A stretch of DNA of 64,000 nucleotides from Candidatus Poribacteria bacterium (GTDB lineage Bacteria; Poribacteria; WGA-4E; PCPOR2b): positions 1,344,001 to 1,408,000 of the forward strand of contig OZ242351.1 in NCBI GenBank assembly GCA_965208675.1. The letters are read 5' to 3'. The position numbers and the translations under genes are program-made. Under the pieces are notes generated by a model, which worked only from the letters and a program-made list of their open reading frames with translations, was not told the origin of the DNA and ran no database searches. Shown here piece by piece: positions 51,001-59,350 of the stretch; position 1 is the first letter of the stretch, and the number at the start of each line of letters is the position of its first letter.

Positions 51001-54000
51001 TGCCATAGAGGTGCGCGCCCAGATTGTCGCACAACTTGAGCAACAACGTCTGCTTCGGCTAGTTAAACAGCGTGCGAAGAATGATGTCGTTGAACTTCAG
51101 AATATGTTAAACCGCTTAGACGAACTCGACCAAGATCTTCCAGAAGAGATGAAGACGCTGCTTCGAGATAACATGCTAACGCTGCGAAACGCGAGATTCC
51201 GTAACATCCAAAAACGGGTGCAGGTGATTGCACGTATTAGCAAGTCTGAATACGACCGGAAAGTTGCCAACATTGAGCAAGCAATTGCCCTCCAAGACCT
51301 TTTCAACCGCTACTATACCTCTTTGTTTGTTTCTATCGACTTATCTACCCAAAACGACAAATTTGGCGTGTTCAACAAAGGTTGGTTCTATGACCAGCAG
51401 CCTGAATTTGTGCTGAGGCGCGAGTTTGCTTTCATCGGCAACAAACTCGCCGAGTATGCCGAGGATGTAGATTTTGGCGTCCGCATTAACAACCTTTGGA
51501 CGTTTACGGACGATCAGATTCGGCAGGCTGTGATGAACAGTCAATGGGAAATCGCATCCGGCATTGAGTCCAAACAGGCAATAGAGGGCAAGTCGTTGGA
51601 GACGCTGATTGACGAACACTACACGACGTTAGTCAAGCTTTCCGGCGTTTCGCGTTTAATGAAGATGCAGTTTGAACAGATGAGAGACCGAGGCGAGCCG
51701 TCCGAGGATATGCTCAAGGACATGGACTATATCCGCAAGGAGGTCGAGCGATTCATCCGAAACGATCAGCGCGAAGCCCGAAAAGAACGCAAAAACAGTA
51801 TTCGCCTCTTCAACCGGCTGCCTGCAATGCTTGCCCTACGGAAAGTGAAGCCGTCCGATTTGACCGAGGAGGAGATTGATGACATCAAGACCCTTATAGA
51901 CATTGTCGGCTTAGGGGGAGCTACCAACTTCGTTAACGCGATTTCAGCTTCAGGCGGCAAAACGTGGACAACTTATATTCCCGGCAAAATTGCATTTGAC
52001 AGCGAAGTTGCGACGCTCGTCGGAAAAACGGGGATTGCATTTGCCACCATTGATGATGCGCGGGTGCTTACGGACACGCCGTTGGATACGATTGATAAAA
52101 TGGATTTGAGGGAAGACGGCAATCTGCACAAACAGGCGAAAACGCTTGCGGCAATTCTTATACAGGCGATGCGCGACCCGAAGATGCCTACAGCGGCGCG
52201 CGTAGGCAACTTCTATTGCAATCTGTTTGGCGACGTTGTAGAGTATGACGCGCGCGAGAGCGCCTTGCCGAACAAACCCGTACCGCACCCAATCCTTACG
52301 CTGCGGCGCAAAAATAAAACAATGATGGGCGTTCGCGGCGATCTCTTTACTATGGGAGATAACAAAGGCGTTTTTGAAGTCGTCGGATTGGCGATGGAAG
52401 GGCGCGCCATTCAGCGGCGCGGCGGCACGCAAGAGGTAGAGGCGTATATCCTTGATTCCGATTCGGGAGATATTGTCTACGCACCAGATTTGGGCAACTT
52501 TGGTGCCGAACTACTGCCGAATAAGGTGCCTATTACCACACGCCGGCGCGGTTGCCGCATCGTGGTTTTTCCGTGCGTGTCCACCACGATTTACGACTTG
52601 GTCGACCAGCGGTATTTGCGGACACTTCGCGAATTGAACGTCTACGATGCGCTAAGCGACAGTCCTCCGGAAAAATACGGCGTGTCCAAGCCGTGGCAAC
52701 AGCCGATGGTTTCGGCGACTGAACCGATTGCATTGGTCTATTCTGAACCAAACTCCCGCATCAAAATCGGCATGGCATACGGGCAAATTGGAAAGCGGCT
52801 GCTGCTGATTAAAGCTGGCAAGAGCGGCGCCAAAAACCCGACCCTTTACACTGGGGAAGGGTTCGTCGTACAGGAAAACGGCTCTGTTCGCCTCACCCCG
52901 TACGTCGTTGTACGCGACATGTGGTGGCTTGATGAAAACCGCACCAGCCTTTACAAACGGTTCGGTATTAGCAGCGATCGCTTAGACAAACTCCACCTAT
53001 TTTCGAACGAACATCTGGAACAGGCGGAAGTTGCTTTGGATAAAAAGGACTATTCCATGGCGATGAAGCTCGCGCGCGGGGCATGGGGTTACGAATCGCG
53101 TGCGTATCCAGATGTTAAAAAGACCGGCAATGATGTGGTTAACGGTGTTATGTTCTATCTCGCACTGCTAATTCCCTTTGCCTACTTTATGGAACGCCTA
53201 ATTTTCGCATTTCCGGATGTTCACAAACAGATTCTTGGTGTATTCGCCATCTTTCTCGTAGTGTTCTTTTTCCTTTCACAAGCACATCCAGCCTTCCAGA
53301 TTACCACGACGCCGGTTATTATCCTAATTGCCTTCGTTGTGTTAGCATTAACTGTGATCGTGATTAGCATCATCGTCCGGAAGTTTGAGGAGCAGTTAGA
53401 ACAGATTAAGCAGGAACGCTCAAAGGTTTATAAAGCGGATGTTGGCCGCCTTGCCGCTTCCGCTGCTGCATTTAGCCTTGGCATCTCCAATATGCGCAAG
53501 CGGAAAGGCCGCACTCTCCTTACATGCGCCACGCTGGTAATTTTAACATTCACGGTAATCTCCTTCACATCGGTTCGAACCTTTATGCAACCCAACAGCA
53601 CCTCTTTGCCTTCTGTAACGCCCCAATACACGGGCATGTTGATTCGTGACCAATACTGGATTCCATTGGAGGAACCGGTGATTACGTCGGTAACGAACGA
53701 TATGCGAAAAACACGGATTGGCGAAAATGAACTCCGGGTGCTGTTGAAAAAGAAAGGAAAATCGCCCGATGAAATTGACTCGCTGCTTGCCTCGGCTAAA
53801 ATTGACATGGATCATGGTACTCGGGTAGAGGACATGTCCTCGACTCCTACCAGCGGGTTGAAGGATCAAGCGTATATCACGGTGCACAATGTTGTCGCGC
53901 CGCGGGCGTGGTATCAGTCTTCGGGTACCGGCGATCAGTCGTTCGTACAGTTGACGCGTATTGAAAATCCCAAGGATCCTGTGCCGCCGAAAGATCCATT

Positions 54001-55525
54001 GACCGATGAACCGCTAAGTTTTGCGGCAAACATGCTGGTGGGAATGAGCCCTCAGGAACCGGGTGTCACTGGTATTGACCGTTACCTGCAGTACGGCAAA
54101 TGGTTTACCCCTGCAGACGAAGCGGAATGGCCGACCCAATGGCCGTATGCATGCGTATTGCCAAAAGGTATGGCAGACCTCTTGGAAATCAGCGAATCTG
54201 ATATGGGGAATGCCACCATCTCAGTTTATGGCGCAAAATTCACTGTCACCGGTGTTCTGGGCATTGGGTTTAAGGATTTAACAGACAATGACGGCGAAGA
54301 ACTCACCCCTGTCGATTATCAATTGATGCATCAGCAACAATCGCGCGGGGGCGAGGGGGAAGAAACGCTTGAGGGCGAGTTGCAGAAGTATCTCCACCTT
54401 ACGCCGGATAGCATCGCTATTTTGCCATACGAGGTGATAATCAATCAAGGCGGAACACTGCGATCAGTCGCGGTCAATATGAACCCTCAAGAAGGCGATC
54501 CGCCGTTCCTAACCGGCGTTGATAAGCTAGATTTAATCATGGCGCCCCTAATGAGCCGCATTGCACTCGACTTTTTCGTCGGTCGGAACAAAGATACTTA
54601 CCTCTACAGCTCAATTGGGATGACTTCCTTCTCCGGAATGGGCAACTTATTTGTGCCAATACTTATCGCATCACTAATCGTACTGAACACAATGCTCGGC
54701 GCCGTGTATGAAAGAGTTCGGGAAATTGGTATTTACAGTTCCGTCGGGCTAGCGCCGGTGCATATAGCTTTTCTGTTTCTCGCAGAGGCGTGCGTGTACG
54801 CGATTGTGGGGGCAGTGTTGGGTTACCTACTCGGTCAAGTCGTGGCTACTCTCCTAGTGAATTTCGGCTGGCTTGCCGGATTGACCCTTAATTACTCATC
54901 AATGTCCACAGTGGTGGCAACCATTATCGTTATGCTAGTGGTCATCAGCAGCACACTCTACCCCGCTGTTAAAGCCGGACGGATGGCTGTTCCCGACATT
55001 GAACGGAAGTGGAAATTACCTGAACCGGAAGGCGACGAGTGGCACTTTGACCTTCCCTTCACAGTTCTATCCGAGGAATCACTTGGCTTGAACGTCTTTA
55101 TGCGGGACTATTTTGAAGCCCACTCCGACGAATCTGCGAGCGATTTCTATACTGACCAAATCTCTTTTAACCGGTCAACCGAGGAGATTGAAGGCAGGGA
55201 AAAAGAAACGTACGCGATTAGCATGATGGCTTGGGTAGCGCCTTACGATTTAGGGGTCGGTCAATCCATTCGATTTGTGACTTCCCCGGTTGGCGGAGAA
55301 GAGGAAGATCTCTACAACATCACCCTTGATGTGCACCGTGAAAGCGGCGAAATTGCCTCTTGGAAACGCGTCAACCGGCGTTTCTTAAACCTAATTCGTA
55401 AGCAACTGTTGGTCTGGCGAACGTTCAGCGCCGAGGTTCGCGGCGAGTTTCACGAACGCGGCCGTCACGACCGCCAATTCACTGATGCTCCTAACCTTGA
55501 ACTAGCACCACAGCCGGCTGACTGA
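48098..55525 (+). CDS. Giant 2475-aa fusion: signal peptide, 2 LysM-like, 4 acidic DGxDN repeats, degenerate M28 peptidase fold with helical insertions, TM helices, MacB/FtsX ABC permease
   Basis: 'SRVTGYPEAASASKYI', 'GYYDS...APGAD..GIAALFELAR' (M28-like); 'YEVQPGDTLRDIAHRF' (LysM); 'SNMRKRKGRTLLT' (MacB TM1); 'NTMLGAVYERVREIGIYSSVG...FLAEA' (FtsX). Confidence 0.85.
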   Translation: MTARNSFVCVIAFFLLTLISTQMLLASEGDQSIGLSEIAVEIRDRVDIGSMRKDIARLSSLSSRVTGYPEAASASKYIFDRFVEIGLQNVESREFPITVPIDQGDGTLAVLDADGKAVVTIEMRSVWPNLVRTSLLPIGIKHVVEGGESLEAIAQSYRVDVQSILDDPHNKFLQDQATDGRDNNGDGAVDEPGEFALIDGNTVFIPTGGLTAPLFYGGGGELVDFNGKDIGGFWYEVQPGDTLRDIAHRFRIGVGSITDDVLNGHLQKTEDGIDNNEDGRIDEYGEIPLLADILHWDTDGIDNDADGFIDEHPGGETDGIDNNNDGRVDEEGEFIAAYESSIFIPRGSVVLIDFNSSTKWINAAMLGAKAVVFIEPETTIRGEAENKFLTVPANIPRFWISRADADTLLAMLGESSDLTSSTDEQQREVTVRLSATMTWERRIGQNIRGFLDGGDPALKDELVVITGYYDSMSVVPAIAPGADPTGGIAALFELARIFSKAEFRPGRSILFVATDAHFQGLAGMRAFMEGIGQDVVGREADSPGTPTMRGLRRGLAADLFEFKELGRKLLLSIDRNVLVDLPPNFFYEVHQLDDALDSLQITLGDLEGTRGRVEWLRNAQRDYKEKQKKKLETTKKREKQGFTQEEHSRLEINLAKYKKDALQTTQFLRSVVRRVDNLRSQALEESRKAQRDLIENIALPMARLDEWAITKLAADLAAKNIGGNYDRTADSSYLKPNADQDGNYYLPVPSDLIDTPLAKAVNRLSDHLEDWELKDRRKFALQYAQEQLLDRHLDFHGLEQIKESREIVHRATRALGEYIAEEEQVLNRTLQKIPTDTDSESRIKTAINGLRRDAAYAPEDIDTIVGPFLGESSLNRYKVIQKQLRQKLAEIESTDAGAVDRESHAIFIEELTKDKQAIFETAMRNARLERQRIESLLELQRHASLNRPYLEEELLVLSHYLPADEVDTAIEVRAQIVAQLEQQRLLRLVKQRAKNDVVELQNMLNRLDELDQDLPEEMKTLLRDNMLTLRNARFRNIQKRVQVIARISKSEYDRKVANIEQAIALQDLFNRYYTSLFVSIDLSTQNDKFGVFNKGWFYDQQPEFVLRREFAFIGNKLAEYAEDVDFGVRINNLWTFTDDQIRQAVMNSQWEIASGIESKQAIEGKSLETLIDEHYTTLVKLSGVSRLMKMQFEQMRDRGEPSEDMLKDMDYIRKEVERFIRNDQREARKERKNSIRLFNRLPAMLALRKVKPSDLTEEEIDDIKTLIDIVGLGGATNFVNAISASGGKTWTTYIPGKIAFDSEVATLVGKTGIAFATIDDARVLTDTPLDTIDKMDLREDGNLHKQAKTLAAILIQAMRDPKMPTAARVGNFYCNLFGDVVEYDARESALPNKPVPHPILTLRRKNKTMMGVRGDLFTMGDNKGVFEVVGLAMEGRAIQRRGGTQEVEAYILDSDSGDIVYAPDLGNFGAELLPNKVPITTRRRGCRIVVFPCVSTTIYDLVDQRYLRTLRELNVYDALSDSPPEKYGVSKPWQQPMVSATEPIALVYSEPNSRIKIGMAYGQIGKRLLLIKAGKSGAKNPTLYTGEGFVVQENGSVRLTPYVVVRDMWWLDENRTSLYKRFGISSDRLDKLHLFSNEHLEQAEVALDKKDYSMAMKLARGAWGYESRAYPDVKKTGNDVVNGVMFYLALLIPFAYFMERLIFAFPDVHKQILGVFAIFLVVFFFLSQAHPAFQITTTPVIILIAFVVLALTVIVISIIVRKFEEQLEQIKQERSKVYKADVGRLAASAAAFSLGISNMRKRKGRTLLTCATLVILTFTVISFTSVRTFMQPNSTSLPSVTPQYTGMLIRDQYWIPLEEPVITSVTNDMRKTRIGENELRVLLKKKGKSPDEIDSLLASAKIDMDHGTRVEDMSSTPTSGLKDQAYITVHNVVAPRAWYQSSGTGDQSFVQLTRIENPKDPVPPKDPLTDEPLSFAANMLVGMSPQEPGVTGIDRYLQYGKWFTPADEAEWPTQWPYACVLPKGMADLLEISESDMGNATISVYGAKFTVTGVLGIGFKDLTDNDGEELTPVDYQLMHQQQSRGGEGEETLEGELQKYLHLTPDSIAILPYEVIINQGGTLRSVAVNMNPQEGDPPFLTGVDKLDLIMAPLMSRIALDFFVGRNKDTYLYSSIGMTSFSGMGNLFVPILIASLIVLNTMLGAVYERVREIGIYSSVGLAPVHIAFLFLAEACVYAIVGAVLGYLLGQVVATLLVNFGWLAGLTLNYSSMSTVVATIIVMLVVISSTLYPAVKAGRMAVPDIERKWKLPEPEGDEWHFDLPFTVLSEESLGLNVFMRDYFEAHSDESASDFYTDQISFNRSTEEIEGREKETYAISMMAWVAPYDLGVGQSIRFVTSPVGGEEEDLYNITLDVHRESGEIASWKRVNRRFLNLIRKQLLVWRTFSAEVRGEFHERGRHDRQFTDAPNLELAPQPAD
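48632..49087 (+). repeat. Four intragenic acidic repeats DG[RI]DN[ND]xDGx[VI]DE
   Basis: DGRDNNGDGAVDE, DGIDNNEDGRIDE, DGIDNDADGFIDE, DGIDNNNDGRVDE. Confidence 0.85.
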
Positions 55526-55622
55526 TGAATTGGTGAATCGGAAAAGCCCTAGTAAAATTTCGCTAATGTCTAAGCAAGAATATTAAGGCATTTTGCACAT
55601 TACGGGAAGGGAATCAATACGC

Positions 55623-55802
55623 ATGGTAAACTTTGGAGAAAAGTTAGCAAGCTTTTTTATCATCATCGGCGTAATTCTTTGGGTCACATCTATCTTCTTT
55701 TTGGGAGGGCGGTGGCAGCCCCTTGTGCTTTCGGCCGCAATTTTGGTTGTCGCCATCTTTATCGCCCACATTTGGGAAGAACTCTTTCAGCAAAAAAAAT
55801 GA
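55623..55802 (+). CDS. Small two-TM membrane protein in the operon
   Basis: MVNFGEKLASFFIIIGVILWVTSIFFLGGRWQPLVLSAAILVVAIFIAHIW...; SD-like AAGGGA upstream. Confidence 0.6.
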   Translation: MVNFGEKLASFFIIIGVILWVTSIFFLGGRWQPLVLSAAILVVAIFIAHIWEELFQQKK

Positions 55803-55876
55803 CCGTGCGTTATACGAACGCGTAGCACCATAGGCTTTCACGCATTCCGTCACGTGCTACGAAAGGAGAATTTAAT

Positions 55877-57865
55877 TTGGCGAGAGAGAGAATATCGCAA
55901 GCCGAGGAGTGGCAGGCTTGGGCGCAGCGTTACGATATGGAGGGCGGGATTCGGACATTTGAATCCGGTTTAACCCTCAAAGTCGTTCTAGGGGCCCTTT
56001 TTGTGGGGCTGTTGATGATGCCGGGCTCAATCTACTTGCAGTTAGTGTCAGGCCAAACGGGTGCAGGCGCCGCACCGTGGGTAGCGGTCATTCTATTTAC
56101 GGAATTGGCGCGCCGCTCATTTACGACAGCCAGACGACAGGAGCTATTCTTACTGCTTGGACTTACTGGTGCAGCGGTCGGATCTGGACTTCAGTACCGC
56201 GGCTTCATCTGGTACGCCTATTTTGTGCAAACGCCTCAAGCGGAGTCCTATGAAATCGCCGACAAGATTCCTTTTTGGGTTGCGCCATCACCGGATTCGA
56301 TTGCAATCGCAGAAAGATCGCTCTTGCACATGGATTGGTGGACGCCTATTTGGATCTTTTTGGTCATGCGGCTGCTTGGTACAATTCGACATATCAGCGC
56401 AGGTTATTTTTTGTTCCGGCTCACTGCTGACCTAGAACGACTTCCGTATCCACTGGCGCCTATTGAAGCACAAGGCGCGACCGCTCTAGCAGAGACCACA
56501 GGCAGGGCGGAAACGTGGCGTTGGCGTGTGTTTTCTATCGGTTCCATGGCGGGGTTACTGTGGGGTTTTCTATATATCGGTATTCCTTCACTTACTGGCG
56601 TGATGATGTCAGAGCCGATTGAGATTCTAAAAATCCCATTTATTGATTTTACCCCTAGTATTGAAGGATTTGCTCCGACAGGAGTGTTTGCGCTCTCCAC
56701 CGATTTTGGACAAATTCTCTTTGGGTTTGTGCTGCCATTTCCAATCGTGATGACTGAATTCATCGCGGCAATGTTTACCCAGTTTTTCCTGAATCCGCAA
56801 CTTTACCAACATGAAATATTGTATCAATGGCGTGCAGGTTTGGATGTCCGCGGCGTAGGATTGTTCAATGGCTTGGATTTCTGGATTAGCGCCAATATGG
56901 GTAAAGCTTTCAGCTTCGCAGTCGTCGGCCTTGCTGCATCTGTTCCCATGCTTATGAAATTTCGATCTGCGAGACAGGAAACTACCGGTACGCGCGGGTC
57001 GCTCCAAACGCCGCCGGGGCGCGGAGATTTTCCGCTCTGGCTAATGGCGGGGTTGTGGCTTATCGGCATGATTGGTTTTGTGTGGATGGTGCATTGGATG
57101 GTACCGAATTTTCCGATGAAATTTTTGCTGGGCTTTGCTTTTATATACACTCCGCTAAATTCCTACGTCACTGCGCGGACATTTGGGGTATTGGGGCGCG
57201 ATCTCTTTGAAATCCCCTATATCCACGAGACAACCTTTATCTTGAGCCGTTACGAGGAAATCGACATTTGGTTCGTTGAATTACCAAATGAGGACTACGG
57301 CCGCGGCACACAAGGTTGGCGCGTGTGCGAACTGACGGGAACTACGTTTACAAGTAACATTGCAGCCCATCTATTGATTATGCCGATTCTACTAATTTCC
57401 GGAATTCTCGTATGGCATTTCATTTGGAAAATCGCGCCAATTCCTTCAGCGCAATATCCTTTCGCTCAAACTTGGTGGCCAATCTACGCAACCAACGAAT
57501 GTCTGTGGAAGACCTCGCTTCGCGATGGAAGCAGTCAGATGTTGCAGGCCATCCGAGGCGACTACGTTGCGACCGGATTTACCGGTTCGCTTGCTATCTA
57601 CGGCATCCTCTGGTTAGCGAAGATGCCTAGCATGTGGTTTTACGGCATCGTGGGTGGTATCGGCGCCGACCCAGGTATGATGATACCAAGACTAATCGGT
57701 GCAATAATAGGCCGATTTTATATGATTAAACGATTCGGCTTGAAACGGTGGTTTATGTTCAATCCAGTTTTGGCAGCCGGCTTTACATGCGGTGTTGGCC
57801 TCATCGGAATGGGAACTGTGGCTATTGCACTGGTATCCAAAGCAGTCATTGTTAAACCGTTCTGA
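55877..57865 (+). CDS. OPT/YSL-like peptide transporter (polytopic membrane protein)
   Basis: About 16-17 TM segments; 'LTLKVVLGALFVGLLMMPGSIYL.L.SG' (OPT TM1-2-like), 'ERLPYPLAPI...GATALA' (OPT 'L.FP...A' motif), 'PVLAAGFTCGVGLIG'; SD AAAGGAG. Confidence 0.75.
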   Translation: MARERISQAEEWQAWAQRYDMEGGIRTFESGLTLKVVLGALFVGLLMMPGSIYLQLVSGQTGAGAAPWVAVILFTELARRSFTTARRQELFLLLGLTGAAVGSGLQYRGFIWYAYFVQTPQAESYEIADKIPFWVAPSPDSIAIAERSLLHMDWWTPIWIFLVMRLLGTIRHISAGYFLFRLTADLERLPYPLAPIEAQGATALAETTGRAETWRWRVFSIGSMAGLLWGFLYIGIPSLTGVMMSEPIEILKIPFIDFTPSIEGFAPTGVFALSTDFGQILFGFVLPFPIVMTEFIAAMFTQFFLNPQLYQHEILYQWRAGLDVRGVGLFNGLDFWISANMGKAFSFAVVGLAASVPMLMKFRSARQETTGTRGSLQTPPGRGDFPLWLMAGLWLIGMIGFVWMVHWMVPNFPMKFLLGFAFIYTPLNSYVTARTFGVLGRDLFEIPYIHETTFILSRYEEIDIWFVELPNEDYGRGTQGWRVCELTGTTFTSNIAAHLLIMPILLISGILVWHFIWKIAPIPSAQYPFAQTWWPIYATNECLWKTSLRDGSSQMLQAIRGDYVATGFTGSLAIYGILWLAKMPSMWFYGIVGGIGADPGMMIPRLIGAIIGRFYMIKRFGLKRWFMFNPVLAAGFTCGVGLIGMGTVAIALVSKAVIVKPF

Positions 57866-57978
57866 TGGGCAACGACTGCGTGAGTCGACAGGATAGGTGT
57901 GCGGATTAACATTTCCTAACAAGTCCACGGGCAACATAGGTATGTCCGTCAGGAATTTCACGCCACGCGAATGACGGT

Positions 57979-58911
57979 ATGGAATGGACAAATTTTGGTT
58001 GGGCGGGTATCACTTTAGAAATTCCAGCGAACTGGGAGTTGAGTGGATTATCTGGTGACGAGAAAAAGGGGTATTTGCGGTTAGACGATGAGACGACACC
58101 GCGTCTAGAGTTAAAATGGTCTGAATCGAAGCAGAAAAAACCAGACCTGCATCGCGTCCTTGACGAATATTTTAAACTTATCCGTAAGAATTTTAAGCGT
58201 ACAGAGGCTAAACTTCATATTCAGCGGAATGTCAATCTCATCAAAGATGAATCCTTCCTTGACGGCAGAGACGCGGTATTCTTTAGTTGGAAGGGAAGTT
58301 ACCGAGCAAATGGTGTAATCTGCCACTGTCACACGTGCAAACGAATAACAATTGTCCAGGTGATGGGACATCTCAAGGAAAACCTCCGTACGACATCCGT
58401 GCGAATCTTGAGTTCGCTTCACGATCATCCGGCTGGGCCGACGCCCCTGTGGACCGCATACCAACTCAACGTTGAAGTGCCGCGCCGATACCGCCTTGAA
58501 AAACATCAATTCCTGTCCGGATATCTGTTAATGTCTTTCGTTGATGGCAGCCGCAAGCTTTCAATTGAACGATATGGACTAGCGGATATTACTCTCAAAG
58601 AGAGTGATTTGGAATCTTGGTTTCGAGCCAAGTATACCAAGGCTATTCGAGGATATGGCTTCAAAATGGAGTCTATCCAATCTGACGATGGAGATGAGCG
58701 GTTTACGTGTATTGGCGAACGCACACGTCTGACCGATCACGTACCGTTTGCACCTGTATTATTTATTGACAAAATTTTGCGGCGGCAGACCTTTGCCGCT
58801 CACATTCGGCATTGTTACGAGTCCAATCGCATCTATGTTTTACAAGCAGTCGCCAAGCGCGACGCAGTTAAGACTGTGGATGGGGTTGCGGCAAGCATTC
58901 GATGTCACTAG
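57979..58911 (+). CDS. Hypothetical cytoplasmic protein with an internal duplication (PsbP/DcrB-like fold inferred)
   Basis: Two similar halves: 'FGWAGITLEIPANW...GYLRL...CHTCKRITIVQ' and 'WTAYQLNVEVPRRY...GYLLM...CYESNRIYVLQ'. Confidence 0.7.
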   Translation: MEWTNFGWAGITLEIPANWELSGLSGDEKKGYLRLDDETTPRLELKWSESKQKKPDLHRVLDEYFKLIRKNFKRTEAKLHIQRNVNLIKDESFLDGRDAVFFSWKGSYRANGVICHCHTCKRITIVQVMGHLKENLRTTSVRILSSLHDHPAGPTPLWTAYQLNVEVPRRYRLEKHQFLSGYLLMSFVDGSRKLSIERYGLADITLKESDLESWFRAKYTKAIRGYGFKMESIQSDDGDERFTCIGERTRLTDHVPFAPVLFIDKILRRQTFAAHIRHCYESNRIYVLQAVAKRDAVKTVDGVAASIRCH

Positions 58912-58930
58912 AGAATAGTATTGAACGCAA

Positions 58931-59350
58931 ATGATTAATACCATTCTTTACAAACTCCGACTAAAAAAACGACCAGATTCGGAATTTGACCGGGAGCGTA
59001 TCTTAAACGCATTACCGCTTCGAAACCAATTAATCAAATGGGAAGTTGATGACAAAGAGGAGGTTTCACTTGTCATTCCCCAGCAGCAGAAACTATGGAT
59101 TCGGATAGCTTCCAGGATTTTTTCCTTGCCTGACAAACGCGTGATTGTTTTGGATGATGTCGGGTCTTATGTGTGGCGTCTATGCGACGGAAATAACTCG
59201 ATTAGCCAAATTGTAAAACACCTTAGTAAACAATACCGTATGACACGAAAAGAAGCTGAAACGTCGCTTTTCACCTTTATGCGGCAGTTGGGCAAACGAA
59301 ACATAATTGGATTTGCTGTTTCCAAAAAACCAAAAGGAGGGGAGAAGTAG
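58931..59350 (+). CDS. PqqD-family / RiPP recognition element (RRE) protein
   Basis: 'VLDDVGSYVWRLCDGNNSISQIVKHLSKQY....EAE.SL..FMRQL....II' matches the PqqD winged-helix pattern. Confidence 0.85.
   Translation: MINTILYKLRLKKRPDSEFDRERILNALPLRNQLIKWEVDDKEEVSLVIPQQQKLWIRIASRIFSLPDKRVIVLDDVGSYVWRLCDGNNSISQIVKHLSKQYRMTRKEAETSLFTFMRQLGKRNIIGFAVSKKPKGGEK

Noticed and set aside
55623-55802. Small ORF as a RiPP precursor for the PqqD protein
   Set aside because: It consists of two hydrophobic TM helices with no leader/core pattern, and no maturase is present.
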